Positions 50,950-63,559 of a DNA stretch of 64,000 nt are shown piece after piece. Origin of the DNA: Octopus vulgaris (lineage: Eukaryota); NCBI GenBank assembly GCA_951406725.2, contig OX597839.1, forward strand, positions 31,186,001-31,250,000, read 5' to 3'. Under the pieces are notes generated by a model that worked only from the letters and a program-made list of their open reading frames with translations, made no database searches and was not told the origin of the DNA. Every line of letters starts with the position of its first letter. The first letter of the stretch is position 1. The position numbers were made by a program, and so were the translations under genes.

Positions 50950-52745
50950 AAAAGTAAGATTAAAGAGAGAGAAGGAGAGAGAGAGTGGGGGAGAGGGGGA
51001 GTGAAAGGAAGATGGAAACGGTGGTGGGGAAGGTTGGGGAGGCGTAGCAACACTTTGAAGAATGAGGAAGAGTTAACGGAATGGAGGAGAGAGAGACACA
51101 CACTCACACACACACACACACACATGGATATACGCACGCTCGCATACACGCACACACGTGTAGAGCTTTTGGTGGGTGGGGTGGGGGTGGGGTGGTGGAG
51201 AGGGTGGCAGTTCTGCATTAAAAAAAAAAATAGAATGGTTGTTGGTAGACATTGTGAAGGAAGTAAGCTATATGGGTAGGAGGGGTGGGTGGTGGTGGAG
51301 GAGGAGGAGGAGTTCCTAGGTAGGAAAACACAGGCAAACAGTTGTGTGGAGCTGGACAGGAGAGGGGTGTGTGTGTGTGTGGAGGGAGGGAGAGAGAGAG
51401 AGAGGGAGTTGATGCTGGGCTGTTTGTAAGCATGGTCCTCCTCATCATTTCGCTCTCTCTCCTCCTCTCTATCTGTCTTTCTCTCTCTCTTCCTCTCTCT
51501 CTCTCTCTCACTCATCCCTGCTCTGTCTTCCCACAGAACATCTCTCCTGCCACTGTAAACCTTTTCTGCCATTCTCCCCCTCCATCACCTCACACCACTA
51601 ACACACACACACGCACACACACTCATAGCTTCTCTTTCTCTCTTTCTCTCTCTCTCTCTCTCTCCCCACCACCACACATGTATATATATTGATGTGTTGT
51701 AAAAGTTCAAGTTGACTGGGACTTCAAATTTCTCTTACTGGATTATCTCACCCCTCTCTCTCTCTCTCTCTCCCCTCACTTATTAGCTTCTGTTTCCTCA
51801 TCTTTCTCTAAAACACACACACACACACACTGACCCTCTTTCTTTCCCCTTTTTCTCAATCTCCTCTCGTTTCTTTCTCTTCGTTTCCCGCTGCAGTCTC
51901 TCCACACTTCTCTCCCCCCTCACTCCCTCTTCTCTCTTTCTCTCTCTTTTCCTCATCCTTATCTTCATCCTCCTCTATACTTTCTACTTCATTTCCCCCC
52001 CTCTCTCTCCTCTTCTTCATCACTTGACCTTTCACCTTTTCTCCTTACCTCTCACTTCCACATACACACCCCTCTGCTCCCTTCCTTGCTTCTACTCCCA
52101 CCTCCTACCCACCCCTGGTTTGTTTCTCTTTTCTCTTCATATCACCTCACTCCCCCCTTTTTCTCCTGCTACTCTCTCTTTATTTCCTTCCTTTTCTCTC
52201 TCTCTCCCTCCCTCCCCCATTCCATCTTCATCTCAGCTGTCTCTCACTCTCTCTCTCCCTCATCTCTCCACCGCCTCTTTCTTCATTCACGGCATCTCCC
52301 TCCCTCTCCCTACACCCAGCATTTTCTCCATCCACCCCAAAACAAGTCTCTTCCTACCTCCCCCACCTTCTCTCTCTTCATCTACCCTTTTCTCTCTCTC
52401 TCTCTTCTGCCTATCATCTCTTTTACTTTGTCTAATATCACCCTCCCCCAACAACTACAGCACCCACCACCACCATATCTGCCACCACCATCACAGCCAC
52501 TACAAACACAACTACCACCTTCTCCACAACCACCGCCTTCTCCACAACCACTATTGCGACCATTACAACTGTAAACATCACCACCGACACCTTACCACGC
52601 CGCCACTTCCACCACCACCTTCATCTTCATCACTACCGCATCCAACACAACCATCACCACCACCACAACAACTACCGGCATCACCACCACCACCACCACT
52701 CCCACCCCCTGCCCCCACCACATCACACAGCCATTAGCAGCCAGT
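50950..52745 (+). promoter_or_regulatory. Probable promoter/5' UTR of the TMEM26-like gene: G-rich block, long CT-rich tract, then (CAC)n-rich leader
   Basis: No recognisable TE; low-complexity sequence directly upstream of the ATG. G-tracts at ~51171-51205, pyrimidine tract ~51750-52430, CAC/CAT/CAA repeats 52440-52730. TSS cannot be located from sequence. Confidence 0.45.
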
Positions 52746-52936
52746 ATGGGATGCTTGACTATAGTGCGTGCCATCGTCGTACGCATGCTGTTCGCGTGTC
52801 ACGGCCTCATCTCTCTCTGGAGACTCTATGACGTAACCAAAGACCTCAGGTTTTGGTACCTGGCTGTTACCCTCGTTGGTCTGTCCTTTGAAACTGCCAT
52901 TACTGTCTTCAAAAAAGATGGCAAGGAATGGAAATG
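52746..52936 (+). CDS. TMEM26: First coding exon of a TMEM26-family multi-pass membrane protein (partial; downstream exons not found in window)
   Basis: ATG in strong context (ccAgtATGG). Translation MGCLTIVRAIVVRMLFACHGLISLWRLYDVTKDLRFWYLAVTLVGLSFETAITVFKKDGKEWK(W) has two hydrophobic helices and the R-x-LF-x-x-H-x-L-x3-WR...W...ET...KW pattern I recall from the TMEM26 N-terminus. Ends at a consensus phase-2 donor TG|GTAAGT (intron starts 52937). Identification is from memory, not a search. Confidence 0.9.
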
Positions 52937-53414
52937 GTAAGTCTGACTTTCAAACTCATTTTCTTCTTCTTTTTTTTCTTGTGTTTTTATTTTGTGTTTT
53001 TGCAATTCTCCAAAACAATTCTTTTCTTTGGTTTTCCTTATTTTTCTTCCTTGTTTTCTTTCGCGATTTTCTTCTTTTCTTTTCCCTCATTCTCTCTCTC
53101 TCTCTCTCTCTCCAGCTCTCCCCCCCTCCACAACCATCTATCTATTTTTTTTTTCTCTATAACTTTTCTATCAAATCATGTCTCTTCTTATAGTCTTTAT
53201 CTCTCGGCTTCTTTTTCAATTGTCTTCTTCTTTCTCGCTTTCTTTCTTTTCCATCTCCTTTCTCTCTTGTCTCTCCTCTCTCTCTCTCTTCTTTCTGCTT
53301 AGTCTTTCTTTTACTTTCTCATTGTCATTATCTTCTTTCCTCTCAATTATTCTACATCTAGTTTTTTTCCACCCCCTACATTCTCGGCCTACCTTGATGA
53401 CCAAGTCGTGTGTG

Positions 53415-53456
<42 letters not shown>

Positions 53457-53464
53457 TGAAATTT

Positions 53465-53620
53465 ATAGAAAAACAAAAGACAAAAACAGGTGTGTGAACA
53501 ACAAGCAGGTGTATTAGTTTGATGCTTGGGAAAAATGGAAAAGTGTTTTACATTTCGAGCCTATGCTCTTCAGCAGAAAGGAATAAGAGAAAATAAACAG
53601 AGAGAAAATGAAAAAACTTG
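53465..53620 (-). mobile_element. Penelope-like pLTR fragment with hammerhead-like core
   Basis: Minus strand CTGAAGAGCATAGGCTCGAAATGTA followed by ...CCCAAGCATCAAACTAATACACCTG; homologous copies at ~5935-6060(+) and ~44700-44790(+). Confidence 0.5.
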
Positions 53621-53941
53621 TCAATTTCAGTAGTCCAACATGACGATACATATAAATATATATACACGTGTATATATATATATATTATATCTTGTTTATC
53701 ATTTGCTTGTTTCTGTCTTTAGGCTGTAGCCATGCTGGGGCACTGCCTTGAAAAACTTACTAATCAACACCACTTATTTTATTCTAATCCTCAGTCTCTT
53801 TGGCTGAACCAATACATTATGGGATGTAAACACACCAACACCGGTTGCCAAGCACAGCCACAAAGACACACATATTTAGATACATACATACATGTCTTCT
53901 ACTATAGCCTCAAACTGACATGTGAATGGATTGGTAGATGG

Positions 53942-53977
<36 letters not shown>

Positions 53978-54055
53978 TAGAAAAATGAAATATCTTTTTA
54001 TGGATAATTCGTTTAACCGATACCTGGGTAGCAAATTCACATCATAAATTTCATT

Positions 54056-54097
<42 letters not shown>

Positions 54098-54363
54098 GTA
54101 TGGAGGTTTAATTCACAGGTAGTCTAAACGATTAGGTACGCTAGGTAAATGCTGTACTCGGGCTCCAAGGTTATAGCAGAGATGGTAGTTATGGAGCCAT
54201 TGCAGATTTTTGATTTAACGGATATAGAATTGTTAAAGAGAACAAACTTTAAGACAAGGCAAACATCTCAAGTCCTATACATTATTATTTTTATTGGGAA
54301 AAATTAATAATAATGTATATGACTTGAGCCTCGCCTTAACGTTTGATGTCCTCTTTAACAATC

Positions 54364-54426
<63 letters not shown>

Positions 54427-55006
54427 AAGTAATTATTTGGACTTTGGGTATATGTCTTGTTGTATGCCTATTAAAGCACTTACATCGTTTAGGCTATCTG
54501 ATGTCATCTATGGTTATGATATAATTGTCACCAAATCTATATCAGGAATTCCACAGTGTTCGTTGAGTTACTAATGAGTTATATATATTCATCATATCTG
54601 TGTATGTGGTTGTCTTCGACTATTTCTTGACTATCAGATTTGGTTTCTTTGCTGCCCTATAACTTAGCAGTTCAGTTAAAGAGATGGATAGAATCCTTTA
54701 TCTTTTATCTTTTTACTTGTTTAAGACTTTAGGATGTGATTTAAAGGAAATTATAGCAACTAGTCTTGACTAATGTGATAACGAGTCTTTCAGTAATTAC
54801 AAGTAACTGGTTTCACATCTCATCAATGCATCCCATATGACATGGTCATGTGACAACTCTTGTTATTTTATTGTTTTCGGTTTTCTGTTGTCTTCAGTTC
54901 AAAGTGTCTTCTAATATAACCCCAGGCCAACCTAAGCCCTGTGAGTGGATTTAGTTGACAGAAATTATGTGAAAACCTGTTATATGCACACACACACACA
55001 CACACA

Positions 55007-55873
55007 CAGGGTGCAGTGAATAAACTGTCATCTAAATTACCCCAAGATGAAAAATAAACACTGACATCTCATTTTACCAGATATATTTACCAAAATTCCA
55101 TAAAAACATCTTGAAATGCAAGAGAGTAAATGTATTCAATAAAATCACCTTTGGCTTCAACCACAGCCTCTAGACGACTTTGGAATCTCCTGCAACTCTT
55201 CTGGACAGTTTCCTTGTTTAAGTTGGCGAATGCTGCCATAATCCTTGCCTTCAGTTCATCTTTGGTGTCACAAGGAGTTTTGTTGGTCTCTCACTGAACT
55301 TCACCCCACACATAATAATCAAGGGGGTTGCAATCTGAGCAGTTAGATGGTCAGATGTTAGGGGTGATGTAGTTGCAGAAATTGTCTGACAGCCATGACT
55401 GAGTTCTCCTGCTTGTGTGGCATTGTTCAGAGTTCTGTTGCCAGACATAGGGTGTTCTAGCAGCCAGCCTCTTGACCAAGGAGAGCACTACTTCCTCCAG
55501 TCAATTGATGTAGGCCTCCATGTTGAGTCTGAGATCATGTGGGAAGATGAATAGAGGCATAACATTGCCATTACTGTTGATCACTCCAAACACCATGATG
55601 TTGACTGGATGTTTGATTTTTATCACTCTTGGTATCTTAGATTGGCACCCAAGTACTCTGAAATTTTCATATTCAAGCTTCCGGTGTGAATGCCAAGCAA
55701 TACAGCATGTTTCCAAATTTCTAGCAGAATGAATGGCATCATGGTGTTGTTTTTCTCACAGACGGTGCCCAATTGACCCTACTATATTGTATAGTTGTCA
55801 AAATCAAAAACAAACAATGTGCATGTGTGAAATTAAAAATATAAAATGGCAACAATTTACCCATCACATCCTG
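55007..55873 (-). mobile_element. Internally deleted DD37D (maT-type) transposon, copy 2
   Basis: Colinear with 46506-47387 end to end. Encodes KHPVNIMVFGVINSNGNVMPLFIFP...YVWQQNSEQCH...NI*PSNCSDCNPLDYY. Same termini. Confidence 0.9.
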
Positions 55874-57490
55874 TGTATATATATACATACATACACACAC
55901 ACGTTTCCATTCTTCTGTGTAAAGCTTGTCTGGACATGGGGAAATCTTACCTTACTTGAGAACTGGTTAGGGTTGGTGACAGGAAAAGCCAGACAAATAG
56001 ATAGACAGACAGATCCATGTATGTATGGGACATCAAATGAGGATGATCTCTTGGTTCAGAAGAGAGCCTCTATCTGCTTACTTGATTTGGTAAAAATATC
56101 AGCCAGACGTCTGTCTTGAATCAATTAACAAAAGATTATGCTGTCCAAGGTACACTTGTGTTTTGATACAAGACCTGATGTTTGTGACAGGTGTGAGATT
56201 GATCACTTGTCTGTTCAATCCAAGATGTCCTGGAGTTAAACAACAACAGCAGCAGTACCAACAATAACATTGTTGGTGGTGTTAGGGTGGTGAGATCAGA
56301 TCAGGATGTAAATGATATTGAGATTCAGCATTTTCTCTAATTGGTGCTGCTTATCAGAATCTAAAGAACATCATAAGGAAATAGTTTGGTTCTATGGTAA
56401 CGGAAATACCACATGCGAATGGTATTACCATATTTCTTTCTCTTTGATAAAGCATATAGCCTGACATATTAGATCTCTCGTATTCCTTTCGCTTATTTTC
56501 ATTGTACATATTCTTTGATTGTTATTCTTACATTTCATATCTTTCTATGCTTTTTTCCCACCACATTTTACTTGTCTGACTTAATATTTTATATATTTGT
56601 TGGTCTTGTCCTTTTCTCATAAACTTCTTTCTTTTGTCTGTCTCTTCATCTATTGTGTCCATCTGTCTATTTATCTATCTGCCTATCTCTCAAACCATTC
56701 ATCCATCCATCTCTCTGTCTGTCTGTCTGTTCATCCATCTGTCCGACAGTTCATCTGTCTATCTCTGTATGCATTCGCCTGTCTGTCTATCTGTCCATCT
56801 GTCTGGCCAACTGCCTATCTATCTGTCCGTCCATCCATCCATTTGTCTATCTATCCATCCATCTGGCCAGCCATCTGTCTATCTGTCTGTTTGTCTCTCT
56901 GTCTGCCCACCTTTCTATCTCTCTATCCATCAATTCCATTCAGCTATGTGTCTGTCTGTATGCCTGCCTGTCTGTCTGTCTGTCCATTTATGTCTTCCTG
57001 TCTTTATTTTTTTCCTACATACCTACCTATTTATTTAGCTACCTATTTAGCCACACACACACACACACATGCACATATATAATTTATCTTTGCAGAAATG
57101 GTTATGAATAAGTCCAGTTCCACTAATTACAAAAACAATAATTAACACCATCCTTAATTACCCATCATGTTTGACAATTACTCAATCGATGTAACTCCCC
57201 CCCCCCCCCCCTCACCACTTCTGTAGTCCACCATATTTATTTTTCATTGCTCTCTCAATTATTTACAAACCATCGTTATTTTCCTCACGGAACGTTGGGG
57301 CTTTTCGTGTTCTTTCTGGTGCATTGCATAAAATATTTTGCAACATTCATTTTGACTCCTACTGATCTGAGTTCAAATCCTTCCAAAGTCAACTTTTGTC
57401 TTTCAAAGTTGATCAAATAAAGTACCTAAGTTGGAAGCATTGATTGAGCCCATCCGCTCAAAGTAGCTTGCCTTTTGCTGAAATCGGAAA

Positions 57491-57520
<30 letters not shown>

Positions 57521-57523
<3 letters not shown>

Positions 57524-57762
57524 AGTGGTGGTGTGTTGTCAACTTAATGTGACAGTCCCATGAAAAGGAAGAATACTACCTCCACCCAGCAAAGCCAGCT
57601 GTCTTTACTGGGTGGAGGTGCTTATCTCCCCCTTTGTAAACATAAGGACACAGGTATTGTGTCAAGGCCGACAAGAAACATTGTTTCCTAGCGTTAAATA
57701 ACAGTAGTATTCTTCCCTTTCATGGGACTATCACATTAAGTTGACAGCATGCCACCACTTTA
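57521..57762. mobile_element. TA-flanked MITE with ~58 bp TIRs and an internal 42 bp palindrome
   Basis: TAAAGTGGTGGTGTGTTGTCAACTTAATGTGACAGTCCCATGAAA vs TTTCATGGGACTATCACATTAAGTTGACAGCATGCCACCACTTTA; internal ACCTCCACCCAG...CTGGGTGGAGGT at 57578-57619. Confidence 0.85.
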
Positions 57763-58249
57763 TCGTGTCACTACTGTATAAATCTCTCTGAGAGATTTAG
57801 AAATGTATTATTTCTATTTATTGTTATTGTTATTATTATAATTATTACCAGTGTTGCCTTACTGGCACTTGTGCCTGTGCTAGTAAGGTGCCAAGAGCAC
57901 CATCCGAGCGTGATCGTTGCCAGAGCAACCAACTGGCTTTCGTACCTGTGGCACTTAAAAGGGCACCATTCGAGTGTGACCGTTACCAACGTCGCTTCAC
58001 TGGCATGTGTAAAAAGATTCGAGCGAGGTGGTTGCCAGTGCCGCCTGACTGGCCCCCGTGCCAGTGGAATGTAAAAAGCACCCACTACACTCTTGGAGTG
58101 GTTGGCATTAGGAAGGGCATCCAGCTGTAGAAACTCTGCCAGATCAAGATTGGAGCCTGCCCTCAGTCAAAATCGTCCAACCTATGCTAGCATGGAAAGC
58201 GGACTTTAAACGATGATGATGATGATTATTGTTATTATTATTGTTATTA

Positions 58250-58880
58250 AGGCAGTGAACTGGCAGAACTGTTAGCATGCTGGGCAAAAAGCTTAGAGGC
58301 ATTTCATTTATTTTTACATTCTGAGTTCAAATTCTGTCAAGGCCGACTTGGGTCTTTCTGCTTTTTTTTTTGTTCAATGAGTACAAGTTGAGCCCTGGGA
58401 TGAATGTAGTTGATTAAACCTACCCCTAAATTTGCAGGCTTTGTGCCAAAATCTGAAACCATTATTATTATTATTATTAATGTGGCAAGTTGACAGAATC
58501 ATAAGTGTGTTGGACAGAATGCTTTATGAAATTTCTTCCAATTAATTTATGTTCCAAGTTCAAATACTGCTGAGGTCAACTTTACCTATCATCCTTTTGG
58601 GCTTGATAAATAAAGGACCAGTTGAACACTTGGGTCAATGGAATTCACTAGAACTCTCCCTTTTAATTGCTGGCCTTGTGCTAAAATTTGAAACTATTAT
58701 TCTTATTAAAATGTCTGGCAAGGCAACAAGCTGGCAAAATTGTTAGCACACGGGACAGAATTCCTAATTGCCTTTTTTCCAGCTTGGTTCAAATTCTGCC
58801 GGAGTTGGCTTTGCCTTCCACCCTTTCGAGGTCTATAAAATGCATACCAGTCAAGTACTGGGGTCAACACAATCAATCAG
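58250..58880 (+). mobile_element. Head-to-tail array of three degenerate family B SINEs
   Basis: Three ~230 bp units, each with a TGGCAGAA-like head and GTTCAAAT B box; the first two end in CCTTGTGC(C/T)AAA..TGAAAC-like sequence plus (ATT)n. Confidence 0.7.
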
Positions 58881-61280
58881 AATGTCAACAGAAATATGGT
58901 AATAAAAGGGTTAATTAACCTCTACATGATTAACTTTGTACATTAATTAAACCTTTGCCACCCCCTCTTTGCTTTTTGGGTTGTTTCAAAGCTGCTCTGT
59001 TTATATCTTCAATAGCACCAGACACATCAGACATTGAAATAACTGCCATCAGGGAACCACACCCTGATCTCACCCTGATCTCATCCTGATCTCACTCTGG
59101 TCTCATTAAAATACACCACATTGTTTCTGATGAAGTCACAGTGTTTGTTCCTTGAGTGGGGGAGAGGGAATTACATCATAATGACGTTGAGAAAAACACA
59201 ATTTAGGTGTATGTATGTATGTATATATGTGTGTGTATATGAGTTTGGCTTTGGACATTTCAATGTGTCTGATTGTACATGTGTTTGTGTGATCTTTCTG
59301 TCTGTCTGTCTTTCTATATTTGGAAGTGTTTGTATCTTTCCTAAGTTTCTTCCTACAAACACACACGTCATCATCCATCACCGTCATCATCGTTTAGTGT
59401 CTTCTTTCCATGGTGGCATGGGTTGGACGGTTTGACATGGAGCTGACCAGCTGAGAGCTGTCCGTATTCCAGCTGTCTGCTGTGGCATGGTTTCTACAGC
59501 TGGATTCCCTTCCTAACACCAACCATTTAACAGAGTGTGCTAGGTGCCTTTACACAACACCAGCATGGGTGCTTTTTAATTGGCACCACCACCGCCTGAA
59601 AGGACAACCCTGTATACATGGAAGACAGCAAATTTTGTTGTAAAATCACTATTTTCCCCACACACACAGGCTTGTCCTTTCGGGTGCTGTTGTATTGGTG
59701 AAAATGCTTGAAGTTATGTGTCATAAATATAAACTGGGATATTTCATTGTTGCTCTGACCGTTTCCTGTTCTGTGGATATTCCTTGTTTACTGACAATAA
59801 ATAACTTAGTTGCACTGATACATCTTGTGCTTGTAGATCCAAACCCAGCTTCTGGTTGTACAAAATTGCCAGCCTTCTATGAAGATTTAGTGCAGAGATG
59901 TCTTCAGGGTGGATTCCTTTAAAAAGTTCTCTTATTTATAATAACGGTTGTGTTCTCAGTTTGTTCTGTGAGAAAGGTTAATGAGACTTTGTAAGTCGGT
60001 CGTTTGCAGAAAGTAGAGTCGTGGGTACTTTAACTGTCCGTTGTGGTTCTGTTAGTTACACATGAGGGACAACAGTGACAAAAGGCCCTTTGTGAAGGAA
60101 TTATTAGGGTTTGAAGACCTCCACAGCACAGTTTTATCTCAAACAGTACAGATTTAGTTGTAAATAAGTTGTTTGTCACAAATGTTTTCATGTTTATTTG
60201 GGTCTGTAGAATATTGTGTGTTTATTCAGTGACTACCTCATCATTTTATACATACATGCACACACACACACACACGTAAACACACACGCACACATACATA
60301 CATGTAAACACACACATGCACACACAGACACATAGGAAAAGTTTAAAAAGGAGACAAGCACTCAAGTGCTCATCAAATAGACATTTTAACAGATATAAGA
60401 AACCACAGAAAATGTGATGTATATAAATATGCATATGCACACATGCACACACACATTCACATATATGTATACATACATATATATACACATATAATACACA
60501 CACACACACATATATATATATGCATATATATGCATACATACACAAACACATGCCCATCTACATATATACACATCCATACATAAATATACACACATATACA
60601 CATACACACAAACATACTCACAATGCTCAGGTATATATATACATACGCCTACGTTTATAGATGTACGCAACCACGTACTTATACACATAAGCACACATAC
60701 ACATACAAGATCATATACATGAAGGAATGAAAGGTGAAGTTGACCCTGGCAAGATTTGAACTCAGATCATGAAGAACTGGAACAAATACCACTTCTTCCG
60801 CATCCCCACCATTTATACATGTGCGTAACGAAAAGTAAAACACACACATAGGAATACAATGATAGGCACACGCTTAAACATGCATAACAGGCGTAAAAAA
60901 AAGGAATGAGATTTGTGGAGATGTCATTGAAAAGGTGAAAGCTGTGTGGTTTGACTAACCAATCAAGTGATTAATTAAAAATCATTTAATTAATAACAAG
61001 TGAACTACAATCAGTGTGTGTAATCTTGTTGGCAGAATGACCCACACAAAGGACATCAGCATCCTGTTTCAGTGCACAGAAATTTCACATCAACAAGTTT
61101 ATAAAATAACTGATACATATCTTTTATATATATTTTATTTTTTACTTGTTTCAGTCTCATTTGACTGTGGTCATGCTGGGGCAGACCCTTGAAGTATTTT
61201 AATTGAACAAATCAACCCCAGGATATAACTTAATTTGTTTAAGACTGGTACTTATTCAAATGGTCTCTTCCTCTCTCTCT

Positions 61281-61313
<33 letters not shown>

Positions 61314-61423
61314 GAAGGTACGATAGATTGACACAGAAAAATAGACAGATAGATAAGGAAGCACTGACAGCCGTGTAGACTCATGGTCGCAGACATCTAC
61401 ATACATCACTCCCCACACACACA

Positions 61424-61498
<75 letters not shown>

Positions 61499-62512
61499 GC
61501 ATGTGTTCAGACGTTCCTACTTACATACACACACATACAAGAACTTTCTAAATTTTACATACATATGCACAAGCATACACACACACACACACGTGTGCAT
61601 GCATACACACTCTCACTCACGCACATACACACACATACACACACGTCAGAAAAGATGGCAGACCACTTAATTTATTTGACTGACATAGTTTCCCCCCCGC
61701 CATCTTGCTCAATCTGAAAGTCTTACATCTGTGATCCAAAAGAACGCATTTAATTGCCCTTCACTCAGCTTTCTCTGACAGATTTACAGTGTTAATCGTT
61801 GTTCCCACCCTGGGCCCCTAAAACTGAAACTACCCCTTGATAGCTACTCCATCTGCTAGAAATACTTGCCTAATCTCCCTCAAATCCCACCCTGTTGTCT
61901 AAAGAAAAGAAAAAAAGATACATTGTATGATATAGTTTATTGATGCACTAAAAAAAAAGAAAGATGAGATGGTTATGGTTGGAATGTCTTTGATTACATG
62001 ACTGCTTTACCAAAACTGACCTGAGGCTAAACAACAACAAAAGCAACAGCCACCAAGACCTGTCCCCTGCTGGAAGGGAAACTTGCAGCCTTTGCTGTTT
62101 ATAAAGACCCAGATTCAGCTGAGAGTGTTTGAGATTAATGAATACATGACAGTGAATAAATCCAGCTAAATCTAGATCTCTGTCCCTGGGGACACCACCC
62201 CTCCCTTGCTACTGCCACCCCTCACCACCCTTCCATCACTACTTCCATTTCACTCCGAATGCTAAGTTATTATCGGTTTTTGCTGTAAAACAATCTCCAG
62301 GTGTGCTGGTCAAGTTCAGCTGTGGACATCTGTGTCGTTAACGTATACCTGCACAGGTGGACTGTCTTCTTAGCTGGGTACTTTAGAATCATATCTGTTC
62401 TGTCCACATACCTCTCTCCACAACTGTAATGTCAACATACTTCTGAACAGGTGTAATGCTAATGTACCACTATACTCTCAAACTGCTCTCTCTCTCTCTC
62501 CCTCTCTGAATA

Positions 62513-62575
<63 letters not shown>

Positions 62576-63559
62576 ATATGTGAGCTTGCTAAACCACTCA
62601 GTAGCCCCTGCAGTTTCTGCAGGGGCAAAGCGTCTGTGATGCTTATTTCACCTGTGTGTGTACACACACACACACACACACACATGCGCGCACACACAGC
62701 TGTACAGTCCAACACACATCTAATTCCAACTCTGAAATATAAAACATCTTTATACAACTTACTCGTGGTGATGGTCGCAGTGGGTGTTATTTAGTGTGAG
62801 ATAATGTACGCCTGTGTAATAAACACACAGTTTGAAATTTATCAACAAGGGGTCATTTCCTTCAGGGAGGCCCTAATAATTTACGGCAACACTGTAATTT
62901 GATAAAGGTTCTGTGACTTAAGGTGGTGGCAAAGAATAATGTTTGGGTGTGGTTCTTCCATTTGCTATATTTTTACTTTTGATGTTTAATGTTGTTGTTG
63001 TTATTTAACTCCGTGTTGGCCCTCACCCAACATATTTGTAATGCAAGATATTCCAGCCATAAATACCCAGCTATTTTTAGAGCTTGGTGTCCCTAGGATA
63101 ATACTCTGTGTCCATTTATTAGATGGTAGGATCTAATGGTGTAATGGGCACCGGCACAGTTGGAGGGCCAACTCAGAAGAAACCAGTATCAGAGCTGCCT
63201 GAAGATTTACTCTGGTCCCGAAACCTAAACCTGATTCCAATGTCGACCCTGGCCAAGGTCAACTTTGCCGTTTTTATCATTATTTATTCAAATTCTTTTG
63301 AATTAATCCTGCATTGTCTCATAGCTTCAAGATTTCAATGATGTGATTATTTACTTTTAGAATGACATTGTAGGGTAGGTGTGAAAGGCAGGATCTGATG
63401 GATCTGAACATAAAACAGGTAGAATATCTGGGCCAGATGTGGCTGATTCAACACTTTGGGAACGAGATTATTCTGCCAAATGTTCTGCTTGAATTCTCTT
63501 GTGGGTTTGAGATTTCAATAATCCTTTCCACTATGGGAAACAAGGCCTGAAATTCTATA

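Noticed and set aside
50781-51572. 263-aa minus-strand ORF (longest in the track)
   Set aside because: Translation of (GA)n, (CA)n and (TA)n repeats; no domain-like content.
52024-52737. 237-aa Ser/Leu/Pro/His-rich ORF upstream of TMEM26
   Set aside because: Non-ATG start, arises from CT and CAC low-complexity DNA that lacks stops, and is out of frame with the TMEM26 ATG.
59600-60240. Possible Penelope GIY-YIG endonuclease remnant on the minus strand
   Set aside because: Only a CCPSC fragment is suggestive; too degenerate to support without a search.
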